Assembly (NCBI GenBank): GCA_030684695.1
Contig: JAUXXX010000127.1
Coordinates: 8,250-72,249 of the forward strand
Source of the DNA: a bacterium
GTDB lineage: Bacteria > Bacillota_I > Bacilli_A > Izemoplasmatales > Hujiaoplasmataceae
Length of the DNA: 64,000 nucleotides
Direction: 5' to 3'
Made by a program: the position numbers and the translations under genes. The notes under the pieces are model-generated. The model made no database searches. It saw nothing but the letters and a program-made list of their open reading frames with translations, and was not told the origin of the DNA. Positions 1 to 10,465 of the stretch are shown in pieces (positions within the stretch are counted from its first letter, which is position 1; every line of letters begins with the position of its first letter).

Positions 1-1113
1 AATTCCTGTCGAAGCAACACCTGTTAAGTTTCCAAATAATGCGACGAAATATTCATCCTTAAACTTGGGATATACTCTCCATGTAATAAATCTTGTATAA
101 AGTAAAGTGGCCAACCCACCAACAGTACTAACTACTAGTAGTAACACTCCAAATTGTTGGAAAAAAGAAACGGTTATTGTTAAAACTCCACCTGCAATCA
201 TATAGTTAAATGCGGTAGAACTAATGTTGGATAGAATATAATTGTTGGTCATTAACCGAACGTTTCGCCCTTTGGCTTGCATTCTTTTTAAAACTAATTT
301 ATAAATCAACGCATAACCAATCCCAATTACAAAATTGAATCCTGAAAGTAAATCGAAAATCGTTTTTCCAATGCCACCAATGGGCAACAGAACAGATTCT
401 AAAATCGTCAATGTCAACCATACGAGACCATAAATAACCGATAAAACCACGACTTGAGTCGTTAACCCATCTAAAATAGAGATTTCTTTTACCGTTTCAA
501 TCTCAATGGTTTGCATGGAAGATGCTTTTTCTTCGTAAGAAGTTGGTTTAAGCAATCCTTTCTTTCTAGCAAAATAATTGATTGCGACAACCCCAATGAT
601 CCCGCCCCATAAAAATCCGAGGAAGGCAAATGAAGCACCTAAAGCGACCCCATGTCCACCAAGAAAAGCAGACCAGTTACTCCCAAAACTAATGGCCAAT
701 GCCGGTCCCTGTCCAAATCCTAGTGGTAACAACAATCCCGCGCCGATAAACGTTGGAACGAAAAACAAGAGAACAATGGCGCTTCCAATAAATCCTTGAA
801 GTGCATAAGTACTGGTAATAATCATTCCTGTTGACCACACTTTTCGTTTGTTTTCCACTTGTTTGTCTTTCAAAGCTAGTGCAATGAACCCAATGGCCAA
901 GGCATGATATACAATCGATTCCATGACTTGCTTGTCGATATAATACGACCCTGGAATCACTTCACTCGAAAGTAATAATCCAATCAAACCCCCAAGAAGT
1001 GCAGTTGGTAATACCAACTTATTAAAAAACTTAAATCTTGTTTTAACAAATTTACCAACGAAAATTGTAATACCAATTAAGAGAATATAAATAATGCTAT
1101 CCCATTTATCCAT
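1..1113 (-). CDS. gltS: sodium/glutamate symporter family (GltS/ESS-type) membrane protein; N-terminal 371 codons, C-terminus lies beyond the window start
   Basis: Not in the ORF track because it runs off the edge. Own reverse-strand translation from ATG 1113 (GGAGGG RBS about 7 nt upstream; overlaps the upstream stop by 8 nt): MDKWDSIIYILLIGITIFVGKFVKTRFKFFNKLVLPTALLGGLIGLLL...LLYTRFITWRVYPKFKDEYFVALFGNLTGVASTGI. Open to nt 1 and polytopic. Segment order resembles E. coli GltS as I recall it. Confidence 0.6.
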   Translation of the reverse strand, partial: MDKWDSIIYILLIGITIFVGKFVKTRFKFFNKLVLPTALLGGLIGLLLSSEVIPGSYYIDKQVMESIVYHALAIGFIALALKDKQVENKRKVWSTGMIITSTYALQGFIGSAIVLLFFVPTFIGAGLLLPLGFGQGPALAISFGSNWSAFLGGHGVALGASFAFLGFLWGGIIGVVAINYFARKKGLLKPTSYEEKASSMQTIEIETVKEISILDGLTTQVVVLSVIYGLVWLTLTILESVLLPIGGIGKTIFDLLSGFNFVIGIGYALIYKLVLKRMQAKGRNVRLMTNNYILSNISSTAFNYMIAGGVLTITVSFFQQFGVLLLVVSTVGGLATLLYTRFITWRVYPKFKDEYFVALFGNLTGVASTGI

Positions 1114-2242
1114 TCGTGTTCCCTCCATTTAGATAGTCTATTGCATTTAAAAACAGCATTGGATCTTTGACAAATATATAATACACTTTATCCAAGTAAT
1201 CAAAGGACAAGCCGTCTTTTTTTGTTAAAACCAAGCCTTTTATCTGTGACACATTTAATACAAACGTCTCTTTTCGATTCGAAAATATGAGTTGATGGTT
1301 GGATAACTTCACCTTGAATGTCCCTATAAATTGATTACGATAATTACTCAAATTGGTTATATTAACTTTTCCAGTAGTATAAATATCATTTTTAACAATT
1401 TGAGGAATTTTTTGTACTTGAAGTTCTCCCCACGGAACTAAACTATCAAACTCTAGTCCTTCGATTAAACTATAGGAATTAAAATGAGCAATCTTTCCAC
1501 AATGACTACAAAGAATATCATTCCCATGTGTATGAATGGTTTGAGATCGTTGACATTTTGGACACCAATAGATAAATCGCTCCAGTCCAAGAGCTCGTCT
1601 TTTTGTTTTATAGACATATTTTCTTTCTTTGTTATATTCAAAATCATTAAAGGCTAATTGCTCAGATAGACGCTGATATACTTCATCGATTGTTAACATC
1701 TCCAACTCTTCTTTTGTAAACAATGTGGAGTACGTAACATCAAACAATCCCTTTTTCACGTGATGGTCTGCCCACCTAGGAGCCGATAAATAGCCTCCAT
1801 TGACTTTACATAATACAATGTCATACTTGATCTTTTTCAAGAACTTAGCGGTACTGTAAGGGACAACACTTTCTTTTCCAAAATAACTTGAGTTACCTTC
1901 TGGATATAATAAAACACCATTTCCTTTTTTCATAGCATCCATCATCGCACGAATCGTTGCGATATCACTTTGCCCTTTTCGTTTAGGAATCGTTTCAATC
2001 ACTTTAGTCAATAAAAATTCCATTACTCTTGATGTGTATTGGAATACATTAATTACAGGAAATGCATACATTTCTATGGGTAAAAAGGTATACAATCCAT
2101 CGAGTAGCGACACATGGTTTCCTACAATAAAATAAGGGTCTGTTCGATTGCGATCAAACCCATCAAAATGAAAATCAAAATGGAATTTAGATTGGTAGTA
2201 CAAACGCAATAAAAACCGAAGTCGTTTATATTTGGGCTTCAT
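1106..2242 (-). CDS. PlsC-family lysophospholipid acyltransferase with internal zinc ribbon
   Basis: HX4D motif (GNHVSLLDG) and block III (LLYPEGNSS). CPKC...CSHC zinc ribbon after the acyltransferase core. Paralog of 55753-57006. Confidence 0.75.
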   Translation of the reverse strand: MKPKYKRLRFLLRLYYQSKFHFDFHFDGFDRNRTDPYFIVGNHVSLLDGLYTFLPIEMYAFPVINVFQYTSRVMEFLLTKVIETIPKRKGQSDIATIRAMMDAMKKGNGVLLYPEGNSSYFGKESVVPYSTAKFLKKIKYDIVLCKVNGGYLSAPRWADHHVKKGLFDVTYSTLFTKEELEMLTIDEVYQRLSEQLAFNDFEYNKERKYVYKTKRRALGLERFIYWCPKCQRSQTIHTHGNDILCSHCGKIAHFNSYSLIEGLEFDSLVPWGELQVQKIPQIVKNDIYTTGKVNITNLSNYRNQFIGTFKVKLSNHQLIFSNRKETFVLNVSQIKGLVLTKKDGLSFDYLDKVYYIFVKDPMLFLNAIDYLNGGNTNG

Positions 2243-2489
2243 GGACTATCCCTCACTTATTAAAGAAAATTATATCACAAACAACACAAATCAATAGGAT
2301 ATGAGTAATAATGATACGAATAAAGTAGAACGTGCAATCCATTTCTTGCGGATGTTTCATGAACTGAAAACTAAGTTACCTTCAATTTCGCTATTTGTGG
2401 ATAACTTACTGTAGTTGTAATAAAGTTGTAAAGAAATAAATAGTGAAGGTATGGTATAATAAGCCAAAGACTTCGAAAGGATAAATTGT

Positions 2490-3365
2490 ATGAATACTGC
2501 CGTTCCATTAGAAATACTAGATCAAATTGCTGTTCTTCAACGAGGAGAGATCACCGAATACCTTGTCTATATGAACATTTCAAGACGTATGAAAGACGTT
2601 AAAAACAAAGCAATTTTAGAATCCATAGCCTTACAAGAAAAATCACATCACGATATTTGGGAATCAATCACAAATAAAAAAGTACATCCTAACCGATTAC
2701 GTGTTTTCTTATTCAGTATCATGAATATTATATTCGGCTTTACCTTTACATTAAAAATCATGGAGCGTGGCGAGGATAAAGCAAACAAGTTTTATTTATC
2801 CATTCAAGAGTATTTTCCCATCGCAGCTCAAATCGCGCATGAAGAAGACCAACACGAACATGAATTGATTAATATGCTCGATGAAGAACGTTTGCAATAC
2901 GTTGGATCCATGGTACTTGGATTAAGCGATGCTTTGGTGGAATTAACTGGAACATTAGCAGGGTTAACATTTGCCTTTGCAAACAATACCTTAATTGTTC
3001 TATCTGGATTAATTACTGGAATCGCAGCGAGTTTATCCATGGCTTCGAGTGAATACTTGAGTGCGAAAGCAGAAAAAAAAGACAATGCATTTAAATCTGC
3101 ATTGTACACTGGAATTGCTTATATTCTCACAGTTGCATTAATGATTTTACCTTACCTACTGATTCCCAATTTATACATAGCATTAGGAGTATTGCTACTC
3201 ATCGTTGTGTTTATAATCTTCTTCTTCAACTTCTATATCTCCGTTGCTCAAGATTTACCATTCAAGAAACGCTTCTTTCAAATGGTATTTATTTCCCTTG
3301 GTGTCGCTGCGATATCCTTTGGAATTGGTGTCTTAATCAAATCCGTATTTGGAATCGAAATCTAA
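2490..3365 (+). CDS. VIT1/CCC1-family iron/manganese transporter with N-terminal ferritin-like (rubrerythrin-type) domain
   Basis: ExxH-type helices (LQEKSHHDIWE, AHEEDQHEHELI) followed by the VIT signature GLSDALVELTGTLAGL and C-terminal TM helices. AAAGGA RBS. Confidence 0.75.
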   Translation: MNTAVPLEILDQIAVLQRGEITEYLVYMNISRRMKDVKNKAILESIALQEKSHHDIWESITNKKVHPNRLRVFLFSIMNIIFGFTFTLKIMERGEDKANKFYLSIQEYFPIAAQIAHEEDQHEHELINMLDEERLQYVGSMVLGLSDALVELTGTLAGLTFAFANNTLIVLSGLITGIAASLSMASSEYLSAKAEKKDNAFKSALYTGIAYILTVALMILPYLLIPNLYIALGVLLLIVVFIIFFFNFYISVAQDLPFKKRFFQMVFISLGVAAISFGIGVLIKSVFGIEI

Positions 3366-3367
3366 AT

Positions 3368-3396
3368 CAAAAGGACACTGCGAAGTGTCCTTTTTC
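3368..3396. terminator. bidirectional rho-independent terminator between convergent genes
   Basis: AAAGGACACT-gcga-AGTGTCCTTT hairpin, with an A-run upstream and a T-run downstream. Confidence 0.75.
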
Positions 3397-3401
3397 ATTG
3401 A

Positions 3402-4259
3402 TTACTTTTTGCTATCGAATAAGACAGTTACCACTCCGCAAAGGATTCCTCCAATAGGGAACGCAACCCAAGCAGGGTGCCAACTCCCTTGTAAAAAGCC
3501 AAATAACAAGAAAATGACAGTCGCAAGCATCATGATAATCGCATTAAGTTTTTCAACAAGCTGGTTTTGTTGTTTGGGTTTAGGTTCCATCGCCATCTTT
3601 TCACTAAGCATTCCATAATACACCATGAGAAACACCGCTATTCCAATCATCAGCATCATAATCGATAACGGATAAAACGGGTTTGACATCACGTATTGGA
3701 CTAAGGTAATAAAAACAATAATGGCAAGAAAAATCAAAGCAACGGCAATGGTCATCCCAAGTCCCATTTTCTTGCTAAACTCTCTTCTTTGCTTGGAATT
3801 ATAGTAGTCTGCATCTATGGGGATGCTTTTTTTAAATTCTTCTTCTTGGGTACCATAATAGATAAAGATAGCAACAGCAATCATGACAAATACAAGTAAG
3901 GTCCCGATTGGAAGAACGTATGCATTCTCTCCTAAAAGTCCAAAAAACAAAAACATGAGACTGACACCGATTAAAATCAAGAATACTCCAAGCGCAGTAA
4001 CCTTGGCATATTTGTTGTAGAAATGCTCGTACTCTTTTGCTTTATCGATTGAATCTGTATCAATCGTTGAATGAATCAATTCATCGATGGAGCAACGGAA
4101 CAATTCACACATTACCAACAAACGATCCATTTCTGGATAACTTTGACCACTTTCCCACTTATATATGGTTTGTCTTGAAACTTCCAACTTTTCTGCTAAT
4201 ACCTCTTGGCTCCATCCATACTGCTTTCGTAGCTTAACAACATTTTCACTAAATTTCAT
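3402..4259 (-). CDS. XRE-family HTH transcriptional regulator fused to a multi-TM membrane domain
   Basis: HTH_3 signature LRKQYGWSQEVLAEKLEVSRQTIYKWESGQSYPEMDRL, then 5-6 hydrophobic helices. Start moved to ATG 4259 (GAGGAG RBS) rather than the track start at 4313. Confidence 0.8.
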   Translation of the reverse strand: MKFSENVVKLRKQYGWSQEVLAEKLEVSRQTIYKWESGQSYPEMDRLLVMCELFRCSIDELIHSTIDTDSIDKAKEYEHFYNKYAKVTALGVFLILIGVSLMFLFFGLLGENAYVLPIGTLLVFVMIAVAIFIYYGTQEEEFKKSIPIDADYYNSKQRREFSKKMGLGMTIAVALIFLAIIVFITLVQYVMSNPFYPLSIMMLMIGIAVFLMVYYGMLSEKMAMEPKPKQQNQLVEKLNAIIMMLATVIFLLFGFLQGSWHPAWVAFPIGGILCGVVTVLFDSKK

Positions 4260-4443
4260 ATGATCATCTCCTCTGCCAAAATTGTAGCAAAAACTCAACT
4301 TTCTTAGTACCAACTACAACGTACATCTCTCGACATTCATGTACATTTTACTTTACATTCCTTGTAAATCATAGTGTAAATGTGCATTTTTGATGACATT
4401 TGGGACAAAAAACTTTCAATAATGTAATGAACGGTGATAACTA

Positions 4444-4478
4444 TGAGAAAGAAAAAGGGACAAAGCATATTGTCCCTT
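4444..4478 (-). terminator. rho-independent terminator after the TPM gene
   Basis: On the minus strand: AAGGGACAA-uaugcu-UUGUCCCUU followed by UUUCUUUCUC. Confidence 0.7.
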
Positions 4479-4482
4479 GAAC

Positions 4483-5301
4483 TTATTTGCGGCGTCTAAA
4501 AATGGAAGTACCATCACTTCGTCCGCCTCCGCCAACACTAAACAAAAGTCCGCCACTGAATGCGATGACTATAAAGGTAATCAAACCTGTACCTATTCCA
4601 TCAAAAAATCCAGATAATGGAGAAAATACCATAGACAGCAAATCCATCGGTTGTGATCCAATTGAGCTTGGAGTCCCACGATAGATTTCTACTTGTTCTT
4701 CCACATATTCCATATCGTATTCAAACTCTTCAAACAAACCAACATATGCATCCCGGTAAATTCGTGTCATCGCTTCAAAATAAAAATGCAACAATGCAAT
4801 CTCTTCATCCAAATACAATGGAAAGATTTGGTCGGTCATCTGCGAACCCATGTCAGCTTCATTTAAATACTGTGCCATCTCACGACCAACAAGTGGTAAA
4901 AATGCTTCAAACTTTGGAAGTGTATATCCATCAAATTGCTCATTGGAGTAAAGCATAATAATCAATAACCCCATATTGTTGTCTCCAATTCCCCATTGAT
5001 TGTATAAATCAACGGAATTGGCACGATAGTATTGAATGTCTTCTTCGGAGTCCACAAGAAAGGTTGCGACTACGATTTGAGTCGCACCATCCCCTAAATT
5101 TTTAGTATTTTCATACAATTCATTTGAAAATGTAACAATGTACTCTTTGACTCCTGCGGACAACACTCTGGCATAATCATTCACATAAAACACTTGTGAA
5201 GGATTTGGAAATTTCTTGGGAGTAAGGCTTTGAATTCCTACAATCACGACTACGACTATGAAAATCAAAGCGACAATTGCTTTTGCTTTACCCAATCGCA
5301 A
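4483..5301 (-). CDS. TPM-domain membrane protein (LemA partner)
   Basis: N-terminal TM, then VNDYARVLS...TQIVVATF...YNQWGIGDNNMGLLIIMLY, typical of the TPM fold. C-terminal TM plus a Gly-rich tail. Overlaps the LemA gene by 14 nt. Confidence 0.65.
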   Translation of the reverse strand: MRLGKAKAIVALIFIVVVVIVGIQSLTPKKFPNPSQVFYVNDYARVLSAGVKEYIVTFSNELYENTKNLGDGATQIVVATFLVDSEEDIQYYRANSVDLYNQWGIGDNNMGLLIIMLYSNEQFDGYTLPKFEAFLPLVGREMAQYLNEADMGSQMTDQIFPLYLDEEIALLHFYFEAMTRIYRDAYVGLFEEFEYDMEYVEEQVEIYRGTPSSIGSQPMDLLSMVFSPLSGFFDGIGTGLITFIVIAFSGGLLFSVGGGGRSDGTSIFRRRK

Positions 5302-5872
5302 TCACCGGAAGTTGAGTGACTTGGTTCGAAACTTCCCAATAAGGTTTTTGTGTTCCAAAGCCAAGCATCGATGCAAATAGCACCCGTGGAAACAATCGAA
5401 TGGATGCATTAAAATCCGCGACGGCTTCATTATATCTTTGGCGAGCAACATCGAGTTGATACTCAAATGACAAGACTGAATCCAAGAGTGTCTGGTATTG
5501 CCCAGTAACTGAGATTCCTTCAATTGGTGCTTCCACCAATGCAAGAACAGCTACTAACGCTACCACTTCATCGTTTTCTGCTTCATTAATCGCTGTTTGA
5601 TCACCACTTTGAACAGCGTTTAAATACTTTGTCCGTGCGGTAGTAACCATTTCGTAAATCTCAGAGGCGTATGTTTGTAAGCCATTGATGGAAGCAACCA
5701 ATTGTTGTGTAGCGTCGGACCGTAGTTGTAGTTTACTTAAGATGACATTATATTTTTCTTCAATTGTAATTTCAGAGCGAGTAAAGGTGTTATAACTGTT
5801 CCATGTGATACTTCCAAATAAAACCGAAATTACGGCAACGACAATTGCCACAATAGCAAGTGGACTTTTCAT
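5288..5872 (-). CDS. LemA-family membrane protein
   Basis: Single N-terminal TM followed by a helical domain (NSYNTFTRSEITIEEKYNVILSKLQLRSD...) and the usual LemA-TPM pairing. Start set at ATG 5872 (GGGGGA RBS). Confidence 0.6.
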   Translation of the reverse strand: MKSPLAIVAIVVAVISVLFGSITWNSYNTFTRSEITIEEKYNVILSKLQLRSDATQQLVASINGLQTYASEIYEMVTTARTKYLNAVQSGDQTAINEAENDEVVALVAVLALVEAPIEGISVTGQYQTLLDSVLSFEYQLDVARQRYNEAVADFNASIRLFPRVLFASMLGFGTQKPYWEVSNQVTQLPVIAIG

Positions 5873-5973
5873 GCTTATTCCCCCTATAGACCAATCATTC
5901 ATCTGTATGATGACTGTGCCTTTTCTTAAAATATCATAAAAAAATCGATTCCACAAGGGAACCGATTTACAAA

Positions 5974-6498
5974 TTAATCATTTAGAGAGTTATGTGGTAT
6001 TTTAGTCAACATATAGCGACTCAGTTGTCGTCTATTTCGAAACGACAACACTTGTAAGTGAGGATGCTTACTAATCTCTTCGATTAATAAAGGGCGTACA
6101 TTCTTACGAAAGTGAAGAATCCAAGTAATAAATTCCCAATCAAGTTTCTCGTTGCATCCTGGAGTAATATCCAATCGAGACTTGTGTCTATAGATAAAAA
6201 ATCGTTTGATGGCACCCCATAAACCACTCCAAGTGGAGTAATCTAAATGAATCACTGTATCTGCATGTTCTAGTCTTGAGGGAAGTGTTTTTCGATAATT
6301 GCCATCAATAACCCACACAGTGGACTGCATCCATTTATCGTGTGCTTCTTGAAACAAATCTGCAGGTGCGACTTCCCAGTTAGGAAGCCAGTAAACCGTA
6401 TCTAAATGTAATACAGGTAAACGTAATTCTTTTCCAAGAATGCGTGCTAGAGTAGATTTTCCACTACCTGCAATTCCAATAATACAAATCCGTTCCAT
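5974..6498 (-). CDS. P-loop kinase-like protein (DNA topology modulation FlaR / adenylate-kinase-like family)
   Basis: MERICIIGIAGSGKSTLARILGKEL...HLDTVYWLPNWE...WVIDGNY...GCNEKLDWEFITWI matches the family pattern as recalled. Confidence 0.7.
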   Translation of the reverse strand: MERICIIGIAGSGKSTLARILGKELRLPVLHLDTVYWLPNWEVAPADLFQEAHDKWMQSTVWVIDGNYRKTLPSRLEHADTVIHLDYSTWSGLWGAIKRFFIYRHKSRLDITPGCNEKLDWEFITWILHFRKNVRPLLIEEISKHPHLQVLSFRNRRQLSRYMLTKIPHNSLND

Positions 6499-6503
6499 CT
6501 AGT

Positions 6504-7169
6504 TTAAGCTGCTGGTTGTACTTGGATGGTTACTTTTGCGCTGTTAGAAAAACCACCTTGACCATCACGAATGATATAGTAAAGTGTAACACTACCAACG
6601 AAATCAACAGTTGGAGTAAAGCGAATGGTATCCCCTTCAATGGTTGCAACGCCATTTGATGGTTGTTGAGCAATGGAATCAATGACCAATGTGTCGCCAT
6701 CCGCATCGGAATCGTTGGTCATCACGGCCATCAATATCGATCCACCTTGAGTCATGGTAAAGGTATCGTTTTCCGCAACAGGAATATCGTTCACTGAAAC
6801 TACAGTGACCGTTACTGTTTGGGATTTAAATACCCCTTCTATATTTTTCACTGTATATGTAAATGTGTCTACTCCATGGAAATTTGCTTTGGGAGTATAA
6901 CGAATTTTTAAATCTTCCGTTAAGATATTGACCGTTCCATTGGTCCCTTGCGTAACCGACTCAATGTTTAATGTAGATAAGTCATTGGTGATATCGTTGG
7001 CTAATACATCGATTATGACGTTTTGATCCTCTTGGACTGTTGCACTATCAGCAACCAATTCAAACACATTACTTGATGGGATGATACTAGTGATCACCAT
7101 CGCTATCATATATAATGCAAATATCGAAACTAATGCAATTGGTAAAGTAAGTTTTTTTGATTTATTCAT
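6504..7169 (-). CDS. membrane-anchored cadherin-like/Ig-like repeat protein
   Basis: N-terminal TM anchor. Two repeats of the type ANDxD...TNGTV...IxYTPxxxFxGxDxFTYTV (VLANDITND...; VMTNDSDADGDTL...IRFTPTVDFVGSVTLYYII). AGGAGG RBS. Confidence 0.6.
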   Translation of the reverse strand: MNKSKKLTLPIALVSIFALYMIAMVITSIIPSSNVFELVADSATVQEDQNVIIDVLANDITNDLSTLNIESVTQGTNGTVNILTEDLKIRYTPKANFHGVDTFTYTVKNIEGVFKSQTVTVTVVSVNDIPVAENDTFTMTQGGSILMAVMTNDSDADGDTLVIDSIAQQPSNGVATIEGDTIRFTPTVDFVGSVTLYYIIRDGQGGFSNSAKVTIQVQPAA

Positions 7170-7351
7170 ACATTCCTCCTAGAATCTCTAGGGATGATTA
7201 TAGCACTAATTCCATCATTTGAAAAGACTATATCCCATGTGGTTTTTGTGAACAATCCAATATTCATATACGATTTTAGTCAGAATAGTTTACTATCATA
7301 TCGATAATTGTGTATAATGAATAGGAGTAAATTAACAGAAAGGAGAACCCT

Positions 7352-8152
7352 ATGAATCCCGTATTATTTGCTTTTTTGATTACCCTCTTTGCTGGCCTTT
7401 CGACAGGGATAGGTAGCGCCATTGCCTTCTTTGCGAAACGGACAAACACCAAGTTCTTATCCATCGCTCTTGGGTTTTCCGCAGGGGTCATGATTTATGT
7501 ATCATTAGTAGAAATCTTTGTTAAAGCACAAGATTCTTTGATTTCAGAATTAGGAGAAATCACTGGTTCATGGATTACCGTCATTGCCTTCTTTGGCGGA
7601 ATGTTGTTAATTGGTATCATTGATCGACTCATTCCTAAAGCGGAAAATCCCCATGAAGTTTGTAAGGTTGAAGACATGCTTTCAGGAAAATGCTCTTCTG
7701 ATAAATTGATGAGAATGGGGGTTTTTACAGCCATTGCCATCATGATTCATAATTTCCCTGAAGGACTAGCCACCTTCATTACTGCTTTACAAGAACCTAC
7801 CTTAGCAATACCGATTGCTGTTGCCATTGCAATTCACAACATTCCAGAAGGAATCGCAGTGAGTGTTCCCATCTACTATGCAACAGGCTCCAAGAAGAAA
7901 GCATTTATGTATTCCTTCTTGTCTGGTCTTTCTGAGCCAGTTGGCGCACTAATAGGCTACTTGATTCTTATGCCTTTGATGAGTGATGTATTACTAGGCG
8001 TTGTATTTGCTGGGGTTGCTGGAATCATGGTCTTTATCTCCCTTGATGAATTGCTTCCTTCCGCAAGAGAGTATGGAGAACACCATTTGTCGATTTATGG
8101 ACTCGTGGCCGGTATGGCAGTGATGGCGATTAGTATATTATTGTTCCTTTAA
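7352..8152 (+). CDS. zupT: ZIP-family zinc transporter ZupT
   Basis: 8-TM ZIP architecture with HNFPEG and HNIPEG metal-binding motifs. AAAGGAG RBS. Confidence 0.85.
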   Translation: MNPVLFAFLITLFAGLSTGIGSAIAFFAKRTNTKFLSIALGFSAGVMIYVSLVEIFVKAQDSLISELGEITGSWITVIAFFGGMLLIGIIDRLIPKAENPHEVCKVEDMLSGKCSSDKLMRMGVFTAIAIMIHNFPEGLATFITALQEPTLAIPIAVAIAIHNIPEGIAVSVPIYYATGSKKKAFMYSFLSGLSEPVGALIGYLILMPLMSDVLLGVVFAGVAGIMVFISLDELLPSAREYGEHHLSIYGLVAGMAVMAISILLFL

Positions 8153-8185
8153 AAAAAAGATGCGAATTTAAATCGCATCTTTTTC
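8151..8185. terminator. bidirectional terminator between zupT and the convergent membrane-protein gene
   Basis: A8-AGATGCGA-loop-TCGCATCT-T4 hairpin. It includes the minus-strand stop codon. Confidence 0.7.
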
Positions 8186-8665
8186 ATTTTGTGGTTTTAT
8201 AATTTTACATTTGCCTTTTTTGATTTCTGAAGTGAGCCAAAAATATCCACCAATCAATAATATAAAAGCAATGATTTTATAGGGAAAACCAGCAAGAGGT
8301 AACACCAAGACGCTAAATGCAATGCCAATGGTCGCAAAGAATGCGATGACGCATGTGGTGCATCCATAGGTTAACATCCCAAATAAAACAGCGAAACTAG
8401 TTGCAAAAGAACCCTTTCCTTCTTTTCCAGAAAGTTCCACATATGCAGAACTCAAGTTCATCATATAAGCGCTCATGGCAGACATAAATACATTCATAAA
8501 AAGGTTTAAGGCAACCAACCACCAACCAAAATCAGCGATTAGTTTTGGGTATCCTCCATTCAATGAATCAAGCACAAGATAAATGACAACAAAACTTACA
8601 AAATATACAAGAAAGAAAATTCTAAACTTTTTTTGCTTTGTCATGCTTAATACTGTATCTAACAT
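8168..8665 (-). CDS. hypothetical polytopic membrane protein with an intramembrane CxxC (GCTTCV), co-transcribed with msrAB
   Basis: Four to five hydrophobic helices. AGGAG RBS. 9-nt gap after msrAB. No family recognised. Confidence 0.5.
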   Translation of the reverse strand: MLDTVLSMTKQKKFRIFFLVYFVSFVVIYLVLDSLNGGYPKLIADFGWWLVALNLFMNVFMSAMSAYMMNLSSAYVELSGKEGKGSFATSFAVLFGMLTYGCTTCVIAFFATIGIAFSVLVLPLAGFPYKIIAFILLIGGYFWLTSEIKKGKCKIIKPQNEKDAI

Positions 8666-8674
8666 GTTTGTCTC

Positions 8675-9619
8675 CTATTGAAATAGCGCAAGGAACTCTT
8701 CAAAGCCCTCTTCAGCTAATTTGTTTTTTGGGATAAATCGTAAAGCTGCGGAATTAATACAATATCGTAACCCGCCTTTTTCTAGCGGACCATCTTCAAA
8801 TACATGTCCCAAATGAATATCCGATTGGAATGAACGGACTTCTGTGCGAATCATTCCATGGGAGTAATCATTTTTTGATTTGATTCTAGTGATTGGCTTC
8901 GTAAAACTTGGCCACCCACAACCAGAATCAAATTTATCTATCGAAGAAAACAACGGTTCATTCGAAACAACATCAACGTAGATACCTTCATTGTGATTGT
9001 TCCAATAATCATTTTTAAAAGGGGGTTCCGTTCCATTCTTTTGAGTAACAATGTATTGAATCGGAGTAAGTATTGAACGAAGTGTCGCATCATCATAGGT
9101 TTGTTTCCACGCTTCTTCTAAGAAGGAAACACGTCCTGAACTTTTTTCATATCGTTGAAAAAGAAAACTTGAATGGATGTAATATCGTTGATGCTTCTCT
9201 TCTGCTTTATAAAACGTCGTAAACGGTAGTATTTGCACTGCAATTGGTTTTTTAAATCGATTGGAGCGTGTTAAGGCCTCAAGTGAATCAGAAGCGATAG
9301 CGTATTGATCCTCATTTAAGGTGTAAATCACTGGTTGATAACTACTTCCACGATCACTAAATTGTCCATCTCCATCTGTAGGATCAATGTGGCGTAAATA
9401 TTGACGAACTAATTTTTGATAGGTAATTACTTGATCATCAAACTCGATGTATACAGCTTCTTTATGTGACGTTTGATTCTTGCTGACTTGTTCATAGGTA
9501 GGAGAAGTTTCTACACCTCCTGTGTATCCAGAAATGACAGATAATACACCAGGAAGTACCTCAAAAGGTTCTACCATGCACCAAAAACAGCCTCCGGCGA
9601 ACACTGATATTTGTTTCAC
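8675..9619 (-). CDS. msrAB: bifunctional peptide-methionine sulfoxide reductase MsrA/MsrB
   Basis: MsrA GGCFWC active site near the N-terminus; MsrB CGWPSF and RYCINS motifs in the C-terminal half. Probable GTG start at 9619 (AGGAG 8 nt upstream); the track start is 9658. Confidence 0.9.
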   Translation of the reverse strand: MKQISVFAGGCFWCMVEPFEVLPGVLSVISGYTGGVETSPTYEQVSKNQTSHKEAVYIEFDDQVITYQKLVRQYLRHIDPTDGDGQFSDRGSSYQPVIYTLNEDQYAIASDSLEALTRSNRFKKPIAVQILPFTTFYKAEEKHQRYYIHSSFLFQRYEKSSGRVSFLEEAWKQTYDDATLRSILTPIQYIVTQKNGTEPPFKNDYWNNHNEGIYVDVVSNEPLFSSIDKFDSGCGWPSFTKPITRIKSKNDYSHGMIRTEVRSFQSDIHLGHVFEDGPLEKGGLRYCINSAALRFIPKNKLAEEGFEEFLALFQ

Positions 9620-9709
9620 GTAGATCACTCCTTTTTCATTGATTATATCACAAACCAACAGGGTTCATCGTTAGAATGCTTTGTTAATCCGAATAAGTCA
9701 GGCCTTCCG

Positions 9710-9738
9710 TTGAATCAAAGTAATATAAGTGTTATAAT
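9710..9738 (+). promoter_or_regulatory. sigma-A type promoter for the ABC/lipoprotein operon
   Basis: TTGAAT, 17 nt spacer, TATAAT, about 60 nt upstream of the ATG at 9797. Confidence 0.55.
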
Positions 9739-9796
9739 CAAGTAGTAATAAGCATTTCTTTTCGTTCACGAAATACGCTCAAGCAGGAGGAAATCC

Positions 9797-10465
9797 ATGG
9801 AAATTATTCGCGCAAACCAAATAACCAAGAGCTATGTTGTGGGGAAAGTGGTAACACCTGTTTTGCGTCCCATGGATATCCACATCCAAGAAGGAGAGTA
9901 TATTGGTATTGTAGGACCTTCTGGCTCAGGAAAAACAACGTTACTATATGTGTTAAGCGGTTTAGAGCAGCCAACAACTGGTGTGGTTTATTACGATTCA
10001 ACGAATATTACTGAAAAAAAGGAAGATGATCGAATTTCATTACGCCAGTCTTATCTGGGATTTATCTTTCAATTTTATAACTTGATTCAAAACTTAACAG
10101 TAGAAGAAAACATTCAATTAGCTAAAGTCATCTCCTCCAAAAAAGACAGCTTAGAAATTGATCATGTACTTGAATGGGTTGGAATGAAAGAATATAAACA
10201 TTACTATCCTCATCAATTATCTGGAGGAATGCAACAACGAGTAGCGATTGCAAGAGCCTTAGTAAATCGACCGAAAGTGATTTTCGCAGATGAACCTACT
10301 GGCAATTTAGATAGCAAAAACGGTCAGGATATTATGGAGTTATTCCGTAGGTTACATCATGAAGAAGGCGTCGGTATTGTATTAGTAACTCACAGTCTTG
10401 AGAATCTAAAAGATTGTACACGTGTCATTCAATTAAAAGATGGACAAATAGTTCCTCATGAATAA
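9797..10465 (+). CDS. ABC transporter ATP-binding protein (MacB/LolD/FtsE-like)
   Basis: Walker [10 protein letters not shown], signature LSGGMQQRV, Walker [11 protein letters not shown]. Confidence 0.9.
   Translation: MEIIRANQITKSYVVGKVVTPVLRPMDIHIQEGEYIGIVGPSGSGKTTLLYVLSGLEQPTTGVVYYDSTNITEKKEDDRISLRQSYLGFIFQFYNLIQNLTVEENIQLAKVISSKKDSLEIDHVLEWVGMKEYKHYYPHQLSGGMQQRVAIARALVNRPKVIFADEPTGNLDSKNGQDIMELFRRLHHEEGVGIVLVTHSLENLKDCTRVIQLKDGQIVPHE

Noticed and set aside
578-799. Plus-strand 73-aa ORF, Pro/Asn-rich.
   Set aside because: It is antisense to the continuous GltS-type reading frame that I translated on the minus strand. It has low-complexity composition and no RBS.
2243-2489. Possible yybP-ykoY (Mn) riboswitch or small ORF (37 codons from 2300) upstream of the VIT1-family gene.
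   Set aside because: I could not find the conserved riboswitch core elements. The small ORF has an AGGA only 2 nt from its ATG. The region is adequately explained by a promoter (TGGTATAAT at about 2452-2460).
7170-7351. Zur box upstream of zupT.
   Set aside because: I found only an 8-bp TATCGATA palindrome in the promoter spacer. There is no match to the Firmicute Zur consensus (TCGTAATnATTACGA-like) by eye.
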